Notes under the pieces: generated by a model
The model's input: only the letters and a program-made list of their open reading frames with translations
Told to the model about the DNA's origin: nothing
The model's database searches: none
Shown here: piece after piece, positions 52,299 to 64,000 of the stretch
Position numbering within the stretch: the first letter of the stretch is position 1
How the letters are laid out: each line of letters begins with the position of its first letter
DNA from: Auanema rhodensis
Lineage: Eukaryota > Animalia > Nematoda
Assembly (NCBI GenBank): GCA_964057225.1
Contig: OZ059898.1
Location: 1,550,001-1,614,000 of the forward strand
Direction of reading: 5' to 3'
Length of the DNA: 64,000 nt
Translations under genes and position numbers: made by a program

Positions 52299-54402
52299 CG
52301 CTAGCTTAAAAATGCACCGAGATATCAACTGATATAAGTTCACACTTATATCCTCGATTTTCACCCTGAAGATTTAATTTTTTCGTTGAATAACATTGTC
52401 CATCGTCTTTGCCTTGAAAAATGGAATCTAAAAACATCTACTTTTTGCTAAATTATTTTGAAATTTTTCGAAAAAATTTTTGTCAAAATGTTTTTGGAAG
52501 CAATGTTGAGTGTACATGGAAACTCAACATACACTAATGCATCATTTTTCAAACGATCATAACTAATTTTTGTATTAAGCGTTTCTCAATGTAGTATAGT
52601 GCATTCGATGCGGATTTTTAAGCTGCGTCGATCTGTGTTATCAGATTTGCGCTAGCTTAAAAATGCACCGAGATATCAACTGATATAAGTTCACACTTAT
52701 ATCCTCGATTTTCACCCTGAAGAATTAATTTTTTCGTTGAATAACATTGTCCATCGTCTTTGCCTTGAAAAAAGGAATCTAAAAACATCTACTTTTTGCT
52801 AAATTTTTTTGAAATTTTTCGAAAAAAGTTTTGTCAAAATGTTTTTGGAAGCAATGTTGAGTGTACATGGAAACTCAACATACACTAATGCATCATTTTT
52901 CAAACGATCATAACTAATTTTTGTATTAAGCGTTTCTCAATGTAGTATAGTGCATTCGATGCGGATTTTTAAGCTGCGTCGATCTGTGTTATCAGATTTG
53001 CGCTAGCTTAAAAATGCACCGAGATATCAACTGATATAAGTTCACACTTATATCCTCGATTTTCACCCTGAAGAATTAATTTTTTCGTTGAATAACATTG
53101 TCCATCGTCTTTGCCTTGAAAAATGGAATCTAAAAACATCTACTTTTTGCTAAATTATATTGAAATTTTTCGAAAAAATTTTTGTCAAAATGTTTTTGGA
53201 AGCAATGTTGAGTGTACATGGAAACTCAACATACACTAATGCATCATTTTTCAAACGATCATAACTAATTTTTGTATTAAGCGTTTCTCAATGTAGTATA
53301 GTGCATTCGATGCGGATTTTTAAGCTGCGTCGATCTGTGTTATCAGATTTGCGCTAGCTTAAAAATGCACCGAGATATCAACTGATATAAGTTCACACTT
53401 ATATCCTCGATTTTCACCCTGAAGAATTAATTTTTTGTTGAATAACATTGTCCATCGTCTTTGCCTTGAAAAAAGGAATCTAAAAACATCTACTTTTTGC
53501 TAAATTATTTTGAAATTTTTCGAAAAAATTTTTGTCAAAATGTTTTTGGAAGCAATGTTGAGTGTACATGGAAATCAACATACACTAATGCATCATTTTT
53601 CAAACGATCATAACTAATTTTTGTATTAAGCGTTTCTCAATGTATTATAGTGCATTCGATGCGGATTTTTAAGCTGCGTCGATCTGTGTTATCAGATTTG
53701 CGCTAACTTAAAAATGCACCGTGAAATCAACTGATATAAGTTCACACTTATATCCTCGATTTTCACCCTGAAGAATTAATTTTTTCGTTGAATAACATTG
53801 TCCATCGTCTTTGCCTTGAAAAAAGGAATCTAAAAACATCTACTTTTTGCTAAATTATTTTGAAATTTTTCGAAAAAATTTTTGTCAAAATGTTTTTGGA
53901 AGCAATGTTGAGTGTACATGGAAACTCAACATACACTAATGCATCATTTTTCAAACGATCATAACTAATTTTTGTATTAAGCGTTTCTCAATGTAGTATA
54001 GTGCATTCGATGCGGATTTTTAAGCTGCGTCGATCTGTGTTATCAGATTTGCGCTAGCTTAAAAATGCACCGAGATATCAACTGATATAAGTTCACACTT
54101 ATATCCTCGATTTTCACCCTGAAGATTTAATTTTTTCGTTGAATAACATTGTCCATCGTCTTTGCCTTGAAAAATGGAATCTAAAAACATCTACTTTTTG
54201 CTAAATTATTTTGAAATTTTTCGAAAAAATTTTTGTCAAAATGTTTTTGGAAGCAATGTTGAGTGTACATGGAAACTCAACATACACTAATGCATCATTT
54301 TTCAAACGATCATAACTAATTTTTGTATTAAGCGTTTCTCAATGTAGTATAGTGCATTCGATGCGGATTTTTAAGCTGCGTCGATCTGTGTTATCAGATT
54401 TG

Positions 54403-57400
54403 CGCTAGCTTAAAAATGCACCGAGATATCAACTGATATAAGTTCACACTTATATCCTCGATTTTCACCCTGAAGAATTAATTTTTTCGTTGAATAACAT
54501 TGTCCATCGTTTTTGCCTTGAAAAAAGGAATCTAAAAACATCTACTTTTTGCTAAATTATTTTGAAATTTTTCGAAAAAATTTTTGTCAAAATGTTTTTG
54601 GAAGCAATGTTGAGTGTACATGGAAACTCAACATACACTAATGCATCATTTTTCAAACGATCATAACTAATTTTTGTATTAAGCGTTTCTCAATGTAGTA
54701 TAGTGCATTCGATGCGGATTTTTAAGCTGCGTCGATCTGTGTTATCAGATTTGCGCTAGCTTAAAAATGCACCGAGATATCAACTGATATAAGTTCACAC
54801 TTATATCCTCGATTTTCACCCTGAAGAATTAATTTTTTCGTTGAATAACATTGTCCATCGTTTTTGCCTTGAAAAAAGGAATCTAAAAACATCTACTTTT
54901 TGCTAAATTATTTTGAAATTTTTCGAAAAAATTTTTGTCAAAATGTTTTTGGAAGCAATGTTGAGTGTACATGGAAACTCAACATACACTAATGCATCAT
55001 TTTTCAAACGATCATAACTAATTTTTGTATTAAGCGTTTCTCAATGTAGTATAGTGCATTCGATGCGGATTTTTAAGCTGCGTCGATCTGTGTTATCAGA
55101 TTTGCGCTAGCTTAAAAATGCACCGAGATATCAACTGATATAAGTTCACACTTATATCCTCGATTTTCACCCTGAAGAATTAATTTTTTCGTTGAATAAC
55201 ATTGTCCATCGTTTTTGCCTTGAAAAAAGGAATCTAAAAACATCTACTTTTTGCTAAATTATTTTGAAATTTTTCGAAAAAATTTTTGTCAAAATGTTTT
55301 TGGAAGCAATGTTGAGTGTACATGGAAACTCAACATACACTAATGCATCATTTTTCAAACGATCATAACTAATTTTTGTATTAAGCGTTTCTCAATGTAG
55401 TATAGTGCATTCGATGCGGATTTTTAAGCTGCGTCGATCTGTGTTATCAGATTTGCGCTAGCTTAAAAATGCACCGAGATATCAACTGATATAAGTTCAC
55501 ACTTATATCCTCGATTTTCACCCTGAAGAATTAATTTTTTCGTTGAATAACATTGTCCATCGTTTTTGCCTTGAAAAAAGGAATCTAAAAACATCTACTT
55601 TTTGCTAAATTATTTTGAAATTTTTCGAAAAAATTTTTGTCAAAATGTTTTTGGAAGCAATGTTGAGTGTACATGGAAACTCAACATACACTAATGCATC
55701 ATTTTTCAAACGATCATAACTAATTTTTGTATTAAGCGTTTCTCAATGTAGTATAGTGCATTCGATGCGGATTTTTAAGCTGCGTCGATCTGTGTTATCA
55801 GATTTGCGCTAGCTTAAAAATGCACCGAGATATCAACTGATATAAGTTCACACTTATATCCTCGATTTTCACCCTGAAGAATTAATTTTTTCGTTGAATA
55901 ACATTGTCCATCGTTTTTGCCTTGAAAAAAGGAATCTAAAAACATCTACTTTTTGCTAAATTATTTTGAAATTTTTCGAAAAAATTTTTGTCAAAATGTT
56001 TTTGGAAGCAATGTTGAGTGTACATGGAAACTCAACATACACTAATGCATCATTTTTCAAACGATCATAACTAATTTTTGTATTAAGCGTTTCTCAATGT
56101 AGTATAGTGCATTCGATGCGGATTTTTAAGCTGCGTCGATCTGTGTTATCAGATTTGCGCTAGCTTAAAAATGCACCGAGATATCAACTGATATAAGTTC
56201 ACACTTATATCCTCGATTTTCACCCTGAAGAATTAATTTTTTCGTTGAATAACATTGTCCATCGTTTTTGCCTTGAAAAAAGGAATCTAAAAACATCTAC
56301 TTTTTGCTAAATTATTTTGAAATTTTTCGAAAAAATTTTTGTCAAAATGTTTTTGGAAGCAATGTTGAGTGTACATGGAAACTCAACATACACTAATGCA
56401 TCATTTTTCAAACGATCATAACTAATTTTTGTATTAAGCGTTTCTCAATGTAGTATAGTGCATTCGATGCGGATTTTTAAGCTGCGTCGATCTGTGTTAT
56501 CAGATTTGCGCTAGCTTAAAAATGCACCGAGATATCAACTGATATAAGTTCACACTTATATCCTCGATTTTCACCCTGAAGAATTAATTTTTTCGTTGAA
56601 TAACATTGTCCATCGTTTTTGCCTTGAAAAAAGGAATCTAAAAACATCTACTTTTTGCTAAATTATTTTGAAATTTTTCGAAAAAATTTTTGTCAAAATG
56701 TTTTTGGAAGCAATGTTGAGTGTACATGGAAACTCAACATACACTAATGCATCATTTTTCAAACGATCATAACTAATTTTTGTATTAAGCGTTTCTCAAT
56801 GTAGTATAGTGCATTCGATGCGGATTTTTAAGCTGCGTCGATCTGTGTTATCAGATTTGCGCTAGCTTAAAAATGCACCGAGATATCAACTGATATAAGT
56901 TCACACTTATATCCTCGATTTTCACCCTGAAGAATTAATTTTTTCGTTGAATAACATTGTCCATCGTTTTTGCCTTGAAAAAAGGAATCTAAAAACATCT
57001 ACTTTTTGCTAAATTATTTTGAAATTTTTCGAAAAAATTTTTGTCAAAATGTTTTTGGAAGCAATGTTGAGTGTACATGGAAACTCAACATACACTAATG
57101 CATCATTTTTCAAACGATCATAACTAATTTTTGTATTAAGCGTTTCTCAATGTAGTATAGTGCATTCGATGCGGATTTTTAAGCTGCGTCGATCTGTGTT
57201 ATCAGATTTGCGCTAGCTTAAAAATGCACCGAGATATCAACTGATATAAGTTCACACTTATATCCTCGATTTTCACCCTGAAGAATTAATTTTTTCGTTG
57301 AATAACATTGTCCATCGTTTTTGCCTTGAAAAAAGGAATCTAAAAACATCTACTTTTTGCTAAATTATTTTGAAATTTTTCGAAAAAATTTTTGTCAAAA

Positions 57401-58965
57401 TGTTTTTGGAAGCAATGTTGAGTGTACATGGAAACTCAACATACACTAATGCATCATTTTTCAAACGATCATAACTAATTTTTGTATTAAGCGTTTCTCA
57501 ATGTAGTATAGTGCATTCGATGCGGATTTTTAAGCTGCGTCGATCTGTGTTATCAGATTTGCGCTAGCTTAAAAATGCACCGAGATATCAACTGATATAA
57601 GTTCACACTTATATCCTCGATTTTCACCCTGAAGAATTAATTTTTTCGTTGAATAACATTGTCCATCGTTTTTGCCTTGAAAAAAGGAATCTAAAAACAT
57701 CTACTTTTTGCTAAATTATTTTGAAATTTTTCGAAAAAATTTTTGTCAAAATGTTTTTGGAAGCAATGTTGAGTGTACATGGAAACTCAACATACACTAA
57801 TGCATCATTTTTCAAACGATCATAACTAATTTTTGTATTAAGCGTTTCTCAATGTAGTATAGTGCATTCGATGCGGATTTTTAAGCTGCGTCGATCTGTG
57901 TTATCAGATTTGCGCTAGCTTAAAAATGCACCGAGATATCAACTGATATAAGTTCACACTTATATCCTCGATTTTCACCCTGAAGAATTAATTTTTTCGT
58001 TGAATAACATTGTCCATCGTTTTTGCCTTGAAAAAAGGAATCTAAAAACATCTACTTTTTGCTAAATTATTTTGAAATTTTTCGAAAAAATTTTTGTCAA
58101 AATGTTTTTGGAAGCAATGTTGAGTGTACATGGAAACTCAACATACACTAATGCATCATTTTTCAAACGATCATAACTAATTTTTGTATTAAGCGTTTCT
58201 CAATGTAGTATAGTGCATTCGATGCGGATTTTTAAGCTGCGTCGATCTGTGTTATCAGATTTGCGCTAGCTTAAAAATGCACCGAGATATCAACTGATAT
58301 AAGTTCACACTTATATCCTCGATTTTCACCCTGAAGAATTAATTTTTTCGTTGAATAACATTGTCCATCGTTTTTGCCTTGAAAAAAGGAATCTAAAAAC
58401 ATCTACTTTTTGCTAAATTATTTTGAAATTTTTCGAAAAAATTTTTGTCAAAATGTTTTTGGAAGCAATGTTGAGTGTACATGGAAACTCAACATACACT
58501 AATGCATCATTTTTCAAACGATCATAACTAATTTTTGTATTAAGCGTTTCTCAATGTAGTATAGTGCATTCGATGCGGATTTTTAAGCTGCGTCGATCTG
58601 TGTTATCAGATTTGCGCTAGCTTAAAAATGCACCGAGATATCAACTGATATAAGTTCACACTTATATCCTCGATTTTCACCCTGAAGAATTAATTTTTTC
58701 GTTGAATAACATTGTCCATCGTTTTTGCCTTGAAAAAAGGAATCTAAAAACATCTACTTTTTGCTAAATTATTTTGAAATTTTTCGAAAAAATTTTTGTC
58801 AAAATGTTTTTGGAAGCAATGTTGAGTGTACATGGAAACTCAACATACACTAATGCATCATTTTTCAAACGATCATAACTAATTTTTGTATTAAGCGTTT
58901 CTCAATGTAGTATAGTGCATTCGATGCGGATTTTTAAGCTGCGTCGATCTGTGTTATCAGATTTG
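54403..58965. repeat. Run of 13 apparently identical monomers (haplotype W, C109T)
   Basis: M156-168 all read GAGAT, A75, C86, CATCGTTTTTGCC, A124, TC at p170-171. No differences were found by eye. Confidence 0.9.
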
Positions 58966-61900
58966 CGCTAGCTTAAAAATGCACCGAGATATCAACTGAT
59001 ATAAGTTCACACTTATATCCTCGATTTTCACCCTGAAGATTTAATTTTTTCGTTGAATAACATTGTCCATCGTCTTCGCCTTGAAAAATGGAATCTAAAA
59101 ACATCTACTTTTTGCTAAATTATTTTGAAATTTTTCGAAAAAATTTTTGTCAAAATGTTTTTGGAAGCAATGTTGAGTGTACATGGAAACTCAACATACA
59201 CTAATGCATCATTTTTCAAACGATCATAACTAATTTTTGTATTAAGCGTTTCTCAATGTAGTATAGTGCATTCGATGCGGATTTTTAAGCTGCGTCGATC
59301 TGTGTTATCAGATTTGCGCTAGCTTAAAAATGCACCGAGATATCAACTGATATAAGTTCACACTTATATCCTCGATTTTCACCCTGAAGAATTAATTTTT
59401 TCGTTGAATAACATTGTCCATCGTGTTTGCCTTGAAAAAAGGAATCTAAAAACATCTACTTTTTGCTAAATTATTTTGAAATTTTTCGAAAAAATTTTTG
59501 TCAAAATGTTTTTGGAAGCAATGTTGAGTGTACATGGAAACTCAACATACACTAATGCATCATTTTTCAAACGATCATAACTAATTTTTGTATTAAGCGT
59601 TTCTCAATGTAGTATAGTGCATTCGATGCGGATTTTTAAGCTGCGTCGATCTGTGTTATCAGATTTGCGCTAGCTTAAAAATGCACCGAGATATCAACTG
59701 ATATAAGTTCACACTTATATCCTCGATTTTCACCCTGAAGAATTAATTTTTTCGTTGAATAACATTGTCCATCGTTTTTGCCTTGAAAAAAGGAATCTAA
59801 AAACATCTACTTTTTGCTAAATTATTTTGAAATTTTTCGAAAAAATTTTTGTCAAAATGTTTTTGGAAGCAATGTTGAGTGTACATGGAAACTCAACATA
59901 CACTAATGCATCATTTTTCAAACGATCATAACTAATTTTTGTATTAAGCGTTTCTCAATGTAGTATAGTGCATTCGATGCGGATTTTTAAGCTGCGTCGA
60001 TCTGTGTTATCAGATTTGCGCTAGCTTAAAAATGCACCGAGATATCAACTGATATAAGTTCACACTTATATCCTCGATTTTCACCCTGAAGAATTAATTT
60101 TTTCGTTGAATAACATTGTCCATCGTTTTTGCCTTGAAAAAAGGAATCTAAAAACATCTACTTTTTGCTAAATTATTTTGAAATTTTTCGAAAAAATTTT
60201 TGTCAAAATGTTTTTGGAAGCAATGTTGAGTGTACATGGAAACTCAACATACACTAATGCATCATTTTTCAAACGATCATAACTAATTTTTGTATTAAGC
60301 GTTTCTCAATGTAGTATAGTGCATTCGATGCGGATTTTTAAGCTGCGTCGATCTGTGTTATCAGATTTGCGCTAGCTTAAAAATGCACCGAGATATCAAC
60401 TGATATAAGTTCACACTTATATCCTCGATTTTCACCCTGAAGATTTAATTTTTTCGTTGAATAACATTGTCCATCGTCTTTGCCTTGAAAAATGGAATCT
60501 AAAAACATCTACTTTTTGCTAAATTATTTTGAAATTTTTCGAAAAAATTTTTGTCAAAATGTTTTTGGAAGCAATGTTGAGTGTACATGGAAACTCAACA
60601 TACACTAATGCATCATTTTTCAAACGATCATAACTAATTTTTGTATTAAGCGTTTCTCAATGTAGTATAGTGCATTCGATGCGGATTTTTAAGCTGCGTC
60701 GATCTGTGTTATCAGATTTGCGCTAGCTTAAAAATGCACCGAGATATCAACAGATATAAGTTCACACTTATATCCTCGATTTTCACCCTGAAGATTTAAT
60801 TTTTTCGTTGAATAACATTGTCCATCGTCTTTGCCTTGAAAAATGGAATCTAAAAACATCTACTTTTTGCTAAATTATTTTGAAATTTTTCGAAAAAATT
60901 TTTGTCAAAATGTTTTTGGAAGCAATGTTGAGGGTACATGGAAACTCAACATACACTAATGCATCATTTTTCAAACGATCATAACTAATTTTTGTATTAA
61001 GCGTTTCTCAATGTAGTATAGTGCATTCGATGCGGATTTTTAAGCTGCGTCGATCTGTGTTATCAGATTTGCGCTAGCTTAAAAATGCACCGAGATATCA
61101 ACTGATATAAGTTCACACTTATATCCTCGATTTTCACCCTGAAGATTTAATTTTTTCGTTGAATAACATTGTCCATCGTCTTTGCCTTGAAAAATGGAAT
61201 CTAAAAACATCTACTTTTTGTTAAATTATTTTGAAATTTTTCGAAAAAATTTTTGTCAAAATGTTTTTGGAAGCAATGTTGAGTGTACATGGAAACTCAA
61301 CATACACTAATGCATCATTTTTCAAACGATCATAACTAATTTTTGTATTAAGCGTTTCTCAATGTAGTATAGTGCATTCGATGCGGATTTTTAAGCTGCG
61401 TCGATCTGTGTTATCAGATTTGCGCTAGCTTAAAAATGCACCGAGATATCAACTGATATAAGTTCACACTTATATCCTCGATTTTCACCCTGAAGATTTA
61501 ATTTTTTCGTTGAATAACATTGTCCATCGTCTTCGCCTTGAAAAATGGAATCTAAAAACATCTACTTTTTGCTAAATTATTTTGAAATTTTTCGAAAAAA
61601 TTTTTGTCAAAATGTTTTTGGAAGCAATGTTGAGTGTACATGGAAACTCAACATACACTAATGCATCATTTTTCAAACGATCATAACTAATTTTTGTATT
61701 AAGCGTTTCTCAATGTAGTATAGTGCATTCGATGCGGATTTTTAAGCTGCGTCGATCTGTGTTATCAGATTTGCGCTAGCTTAAAAATGCACCGAGATAT
61801 CAACTGATATAAGTTCACACTTATATCCTCGATTTTCACCCTGAAGAATTAATTTTTTCGTTGAATAACATTGTCCATCGTTTTTGCCTTGAAAAAAGGA

Positions 61901-63528
61901 ATCTAAAAACATCTACTTTTTGCTAAATTATTTTGAAATTTTTCGAAAAAATTTTTGTCAAAATGTTTTTGGAAGCAATGTTGAGTGTACATGGAAACTC
62001 AACATACACTAATGCATCATTTTTCAAACGATCATAACTAATTTTTGTATTAAGCGTTTCTCAATGTAGTATAGTGCATTCGATGCGGATTTTTAAGCTG
62101 CGTCGATCTGTGTTATCAGATTTGCGCTAGCTTAAAAATGCACCGAGATATCAACTGATATAAGTTCACACTTATATCCTCGATTTTCACCCTGAAGAAT
62201 TAATTTTTTCGTTGAATAACATTGTCCATCGTTTTTGCCTTGAAAAAAGGAATCTAAAAACATCTACTTTTTGCTAAATTATTTTGAAATTTTTCGAAAA
62301 AATTTTTGTCAAAATGTTTTTGGAAGCAATGTTGAGTGTACATGGAAACTCAACATACACTAATGCATCATTTTTCAAACGATCATAACTAATTTTTGTA
62401 TTAAGCGTTTCTCAATGTAGTATAGTGCATTCGATGCGGATTTTTAAGCTGCGTCGATCTGTGTTATCAGATTTGCGCTAGCTTAAAAATGCACCGAGAT
62501 ATCAACTGATATAAGTTCACACTTATATCCTCGATTTTCACCCTGAAGAATTAATTTTTTCGTTGAATAACATTGTCCATCGTTTTTGCCTTGAAAAAAG
62601 GAATCTAAAAACATCTACTTTTTGCTAAATTATTTTGAAATTTTTCGAAAAAATTTTTGTCAAAATGTTTTTGGAAGCAATGTTGAGTGTACATGGAAAC
62701 TCAACATACACTAATGCATCATTTTTCAAACGATCATAACTAATTTTTGTATTAAGCGTTTCTCAATGTAGTATAGTGCATTCGATGCGGATTTTTAAGC
62801 TGCGTCGATCTGTGTTATCAGATTTGCGCTAGCTTAAAAATGCACCGAGATATCAACTGATATAAGTTCACACTTATATCCTCGATTTTCACCCTGAAGA
62901 TTTAATTTTTTCGTTGAATAACATTGTCCATCGTCTTTGCCTTGAAAAATGGAATCTAAAAACATCTACTTTTTGCTAAATTATTTTGAAATTTTTCGAA
63001 AAAATTTTTGTCAAAATGTTTTTGGAAGCAATGTTGAGTGTACATGGAAACTCAACATACACTAATGCATCATTTTTCAAACGATCATAACTAATTTTTG
63101 TATTAAGCGTTTCTCAATGTAGTATAGTGCATTCGATGCGGATTTTTAAGCTGCGTCGATCTGTGTTATCAGATTTGCGCTAGCTTAAAAATGCACCGAG
63201 ATATCAACAGATATAAGTTCACACTTATATCCTCGATTTTCACCCTGAAGATTTAATTTTTTCGTTGAATAACATTGTCCATCGTCTTTGCCTTGAAAAA
63301 TGGAATCTAAAAACATCTACTTTTTGCTAAATTATTTTGAAATTTTTCGAAAAAATTTTTGTCAAAATGTTTTTGGAAGCAATGTTGAGGGTACATGGAA
63401 ACTCAACATACACTAATGCATCATTTTTCAAACGATCATAACTAATTTTTGTATTAAGCGTTTCTCAATGTAGTATAGTGCATTCGATGCGGATTTTTAA
63501 GCTGCGTCGATCTGTGTTATCAGATTTG
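58966..63528. repeat. 7-mer-period duplication (2457 bp; second copy matches for 6 monomers)
   Basis: B with T112C starts at 58966 and 61423, each followed by W,W,W,B. The T32A+T213G monomer starts at 60721 and 63178. Confidence 0.88.
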
Positions 63529-64000
63529 CGCTAGCTTAAAAATACACCGAGATATCAACTGATATAAGTTCACACTTATATCCTCGATTTTCACCCTGAA
63601 GAATTAATTTTTTCGTTGAATAACATTGTCCATCGTTTTTGCCTTGAAAAAAGGAATCTAAAAACATCTACTTTTTGCTAAATTATTTTGAAATTTTTCG
63701 AAAAAATTTTTGTCAAAATGTTTTTGGAAGCAATGTTGAGTGTACATGGAAACTCAACATACACTAATGCATCATTTTTCAAACGATCATAACTAATTTT
63801 TGTATTAAGCGTTTCTCAATGTAGTATAGTGCATTCGATGCGGATTTTTAAGCTGCGTCGATCTGTGTTATCAGATTTGCGCTAGCTTAAAAATGCACCG
63901 AGATATCAACTGATATAAGTTCACACTTATATCCTCGATTTTCACCCTGAAGAATTAATTTTTTCGTTGAATAACATTGTCCATCGTTTTTGCCTTGAAA

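Larger units (their letters stand above)
1..64000. repeat. Tandem satellite array, 351-bp monomer, about 182.3 copies, head-to-tail, open at both window ends
   Basis: CGCTAGCTTAAAAATGCACC recurs at 1, 352, 703 ... 3511, 7021, 14041, 21061 (period exactly 351). Phase shifts by -1 after about 24395 (28080, 35100, 42120, 49140) and by a further -2 after about 53575 (53701, 56158, 63178). Copies differ by only a handful of substitutions. Hand count gives 110/351 G+C. No non-monomer sequence was seen. Confidence 0.99.

Noticed and set aside
1-64000. CRISPR array, tandem 5S/tRNA/snRNA/spliced-leader gene array, or coding repeat (351 is divisible by 3)
   Set aside because: There are no unique spacers, no recognisable RNA-gene sequence, and no reading frame stays open across monomers. 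A cmscan against Rfam would be the definitive test for RNA genes.
1-64000. Assignment to the Drosophila 359-bp or Tribolium TCAST satellites
   Set aside because: Only size and AT-richness are similar; I recognise no sequence identity and cannot run a search.

Overview
The whole 64 kb window is one uninterrupted head-to-tail satellite DNA array: 182 complete copies plus a 121-bp partial copy of a 351-bp AT-rich monomer (about 31% GC by hand count), all in the same orientation. I see no genes, RNA genes, transposon insertions, inversions or CRISPR spacers. The single listed ORF is a by-product of one private substitution in monomer 1. Notation: Mn is the nth monomer and pN is the position within the monomer, with p1 set arbitrarily at window base 1. 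The information lies at two levels. (1) Monomer haplotypes, read by eye for every copy, are ordered into domains and nested higher-order repeats (HORs): a 7-mer duplication, a three-copy 20/24/36-monomer super-repeat with internal 4/5/9-mer units, a heterogeneous zone, a run of 13 apparently identical monomers and a second 7-mer. (2) The monomer is dense in inverted repeats, including a 51-nt stem-loop and a two-allele site where each allele complements a different neighbouring segment. This is most consistent with a eukaryotic centromeric or heterochromatic satellite; I cannot name the family or species. All typing was manual, so isolated variants may have been missed.
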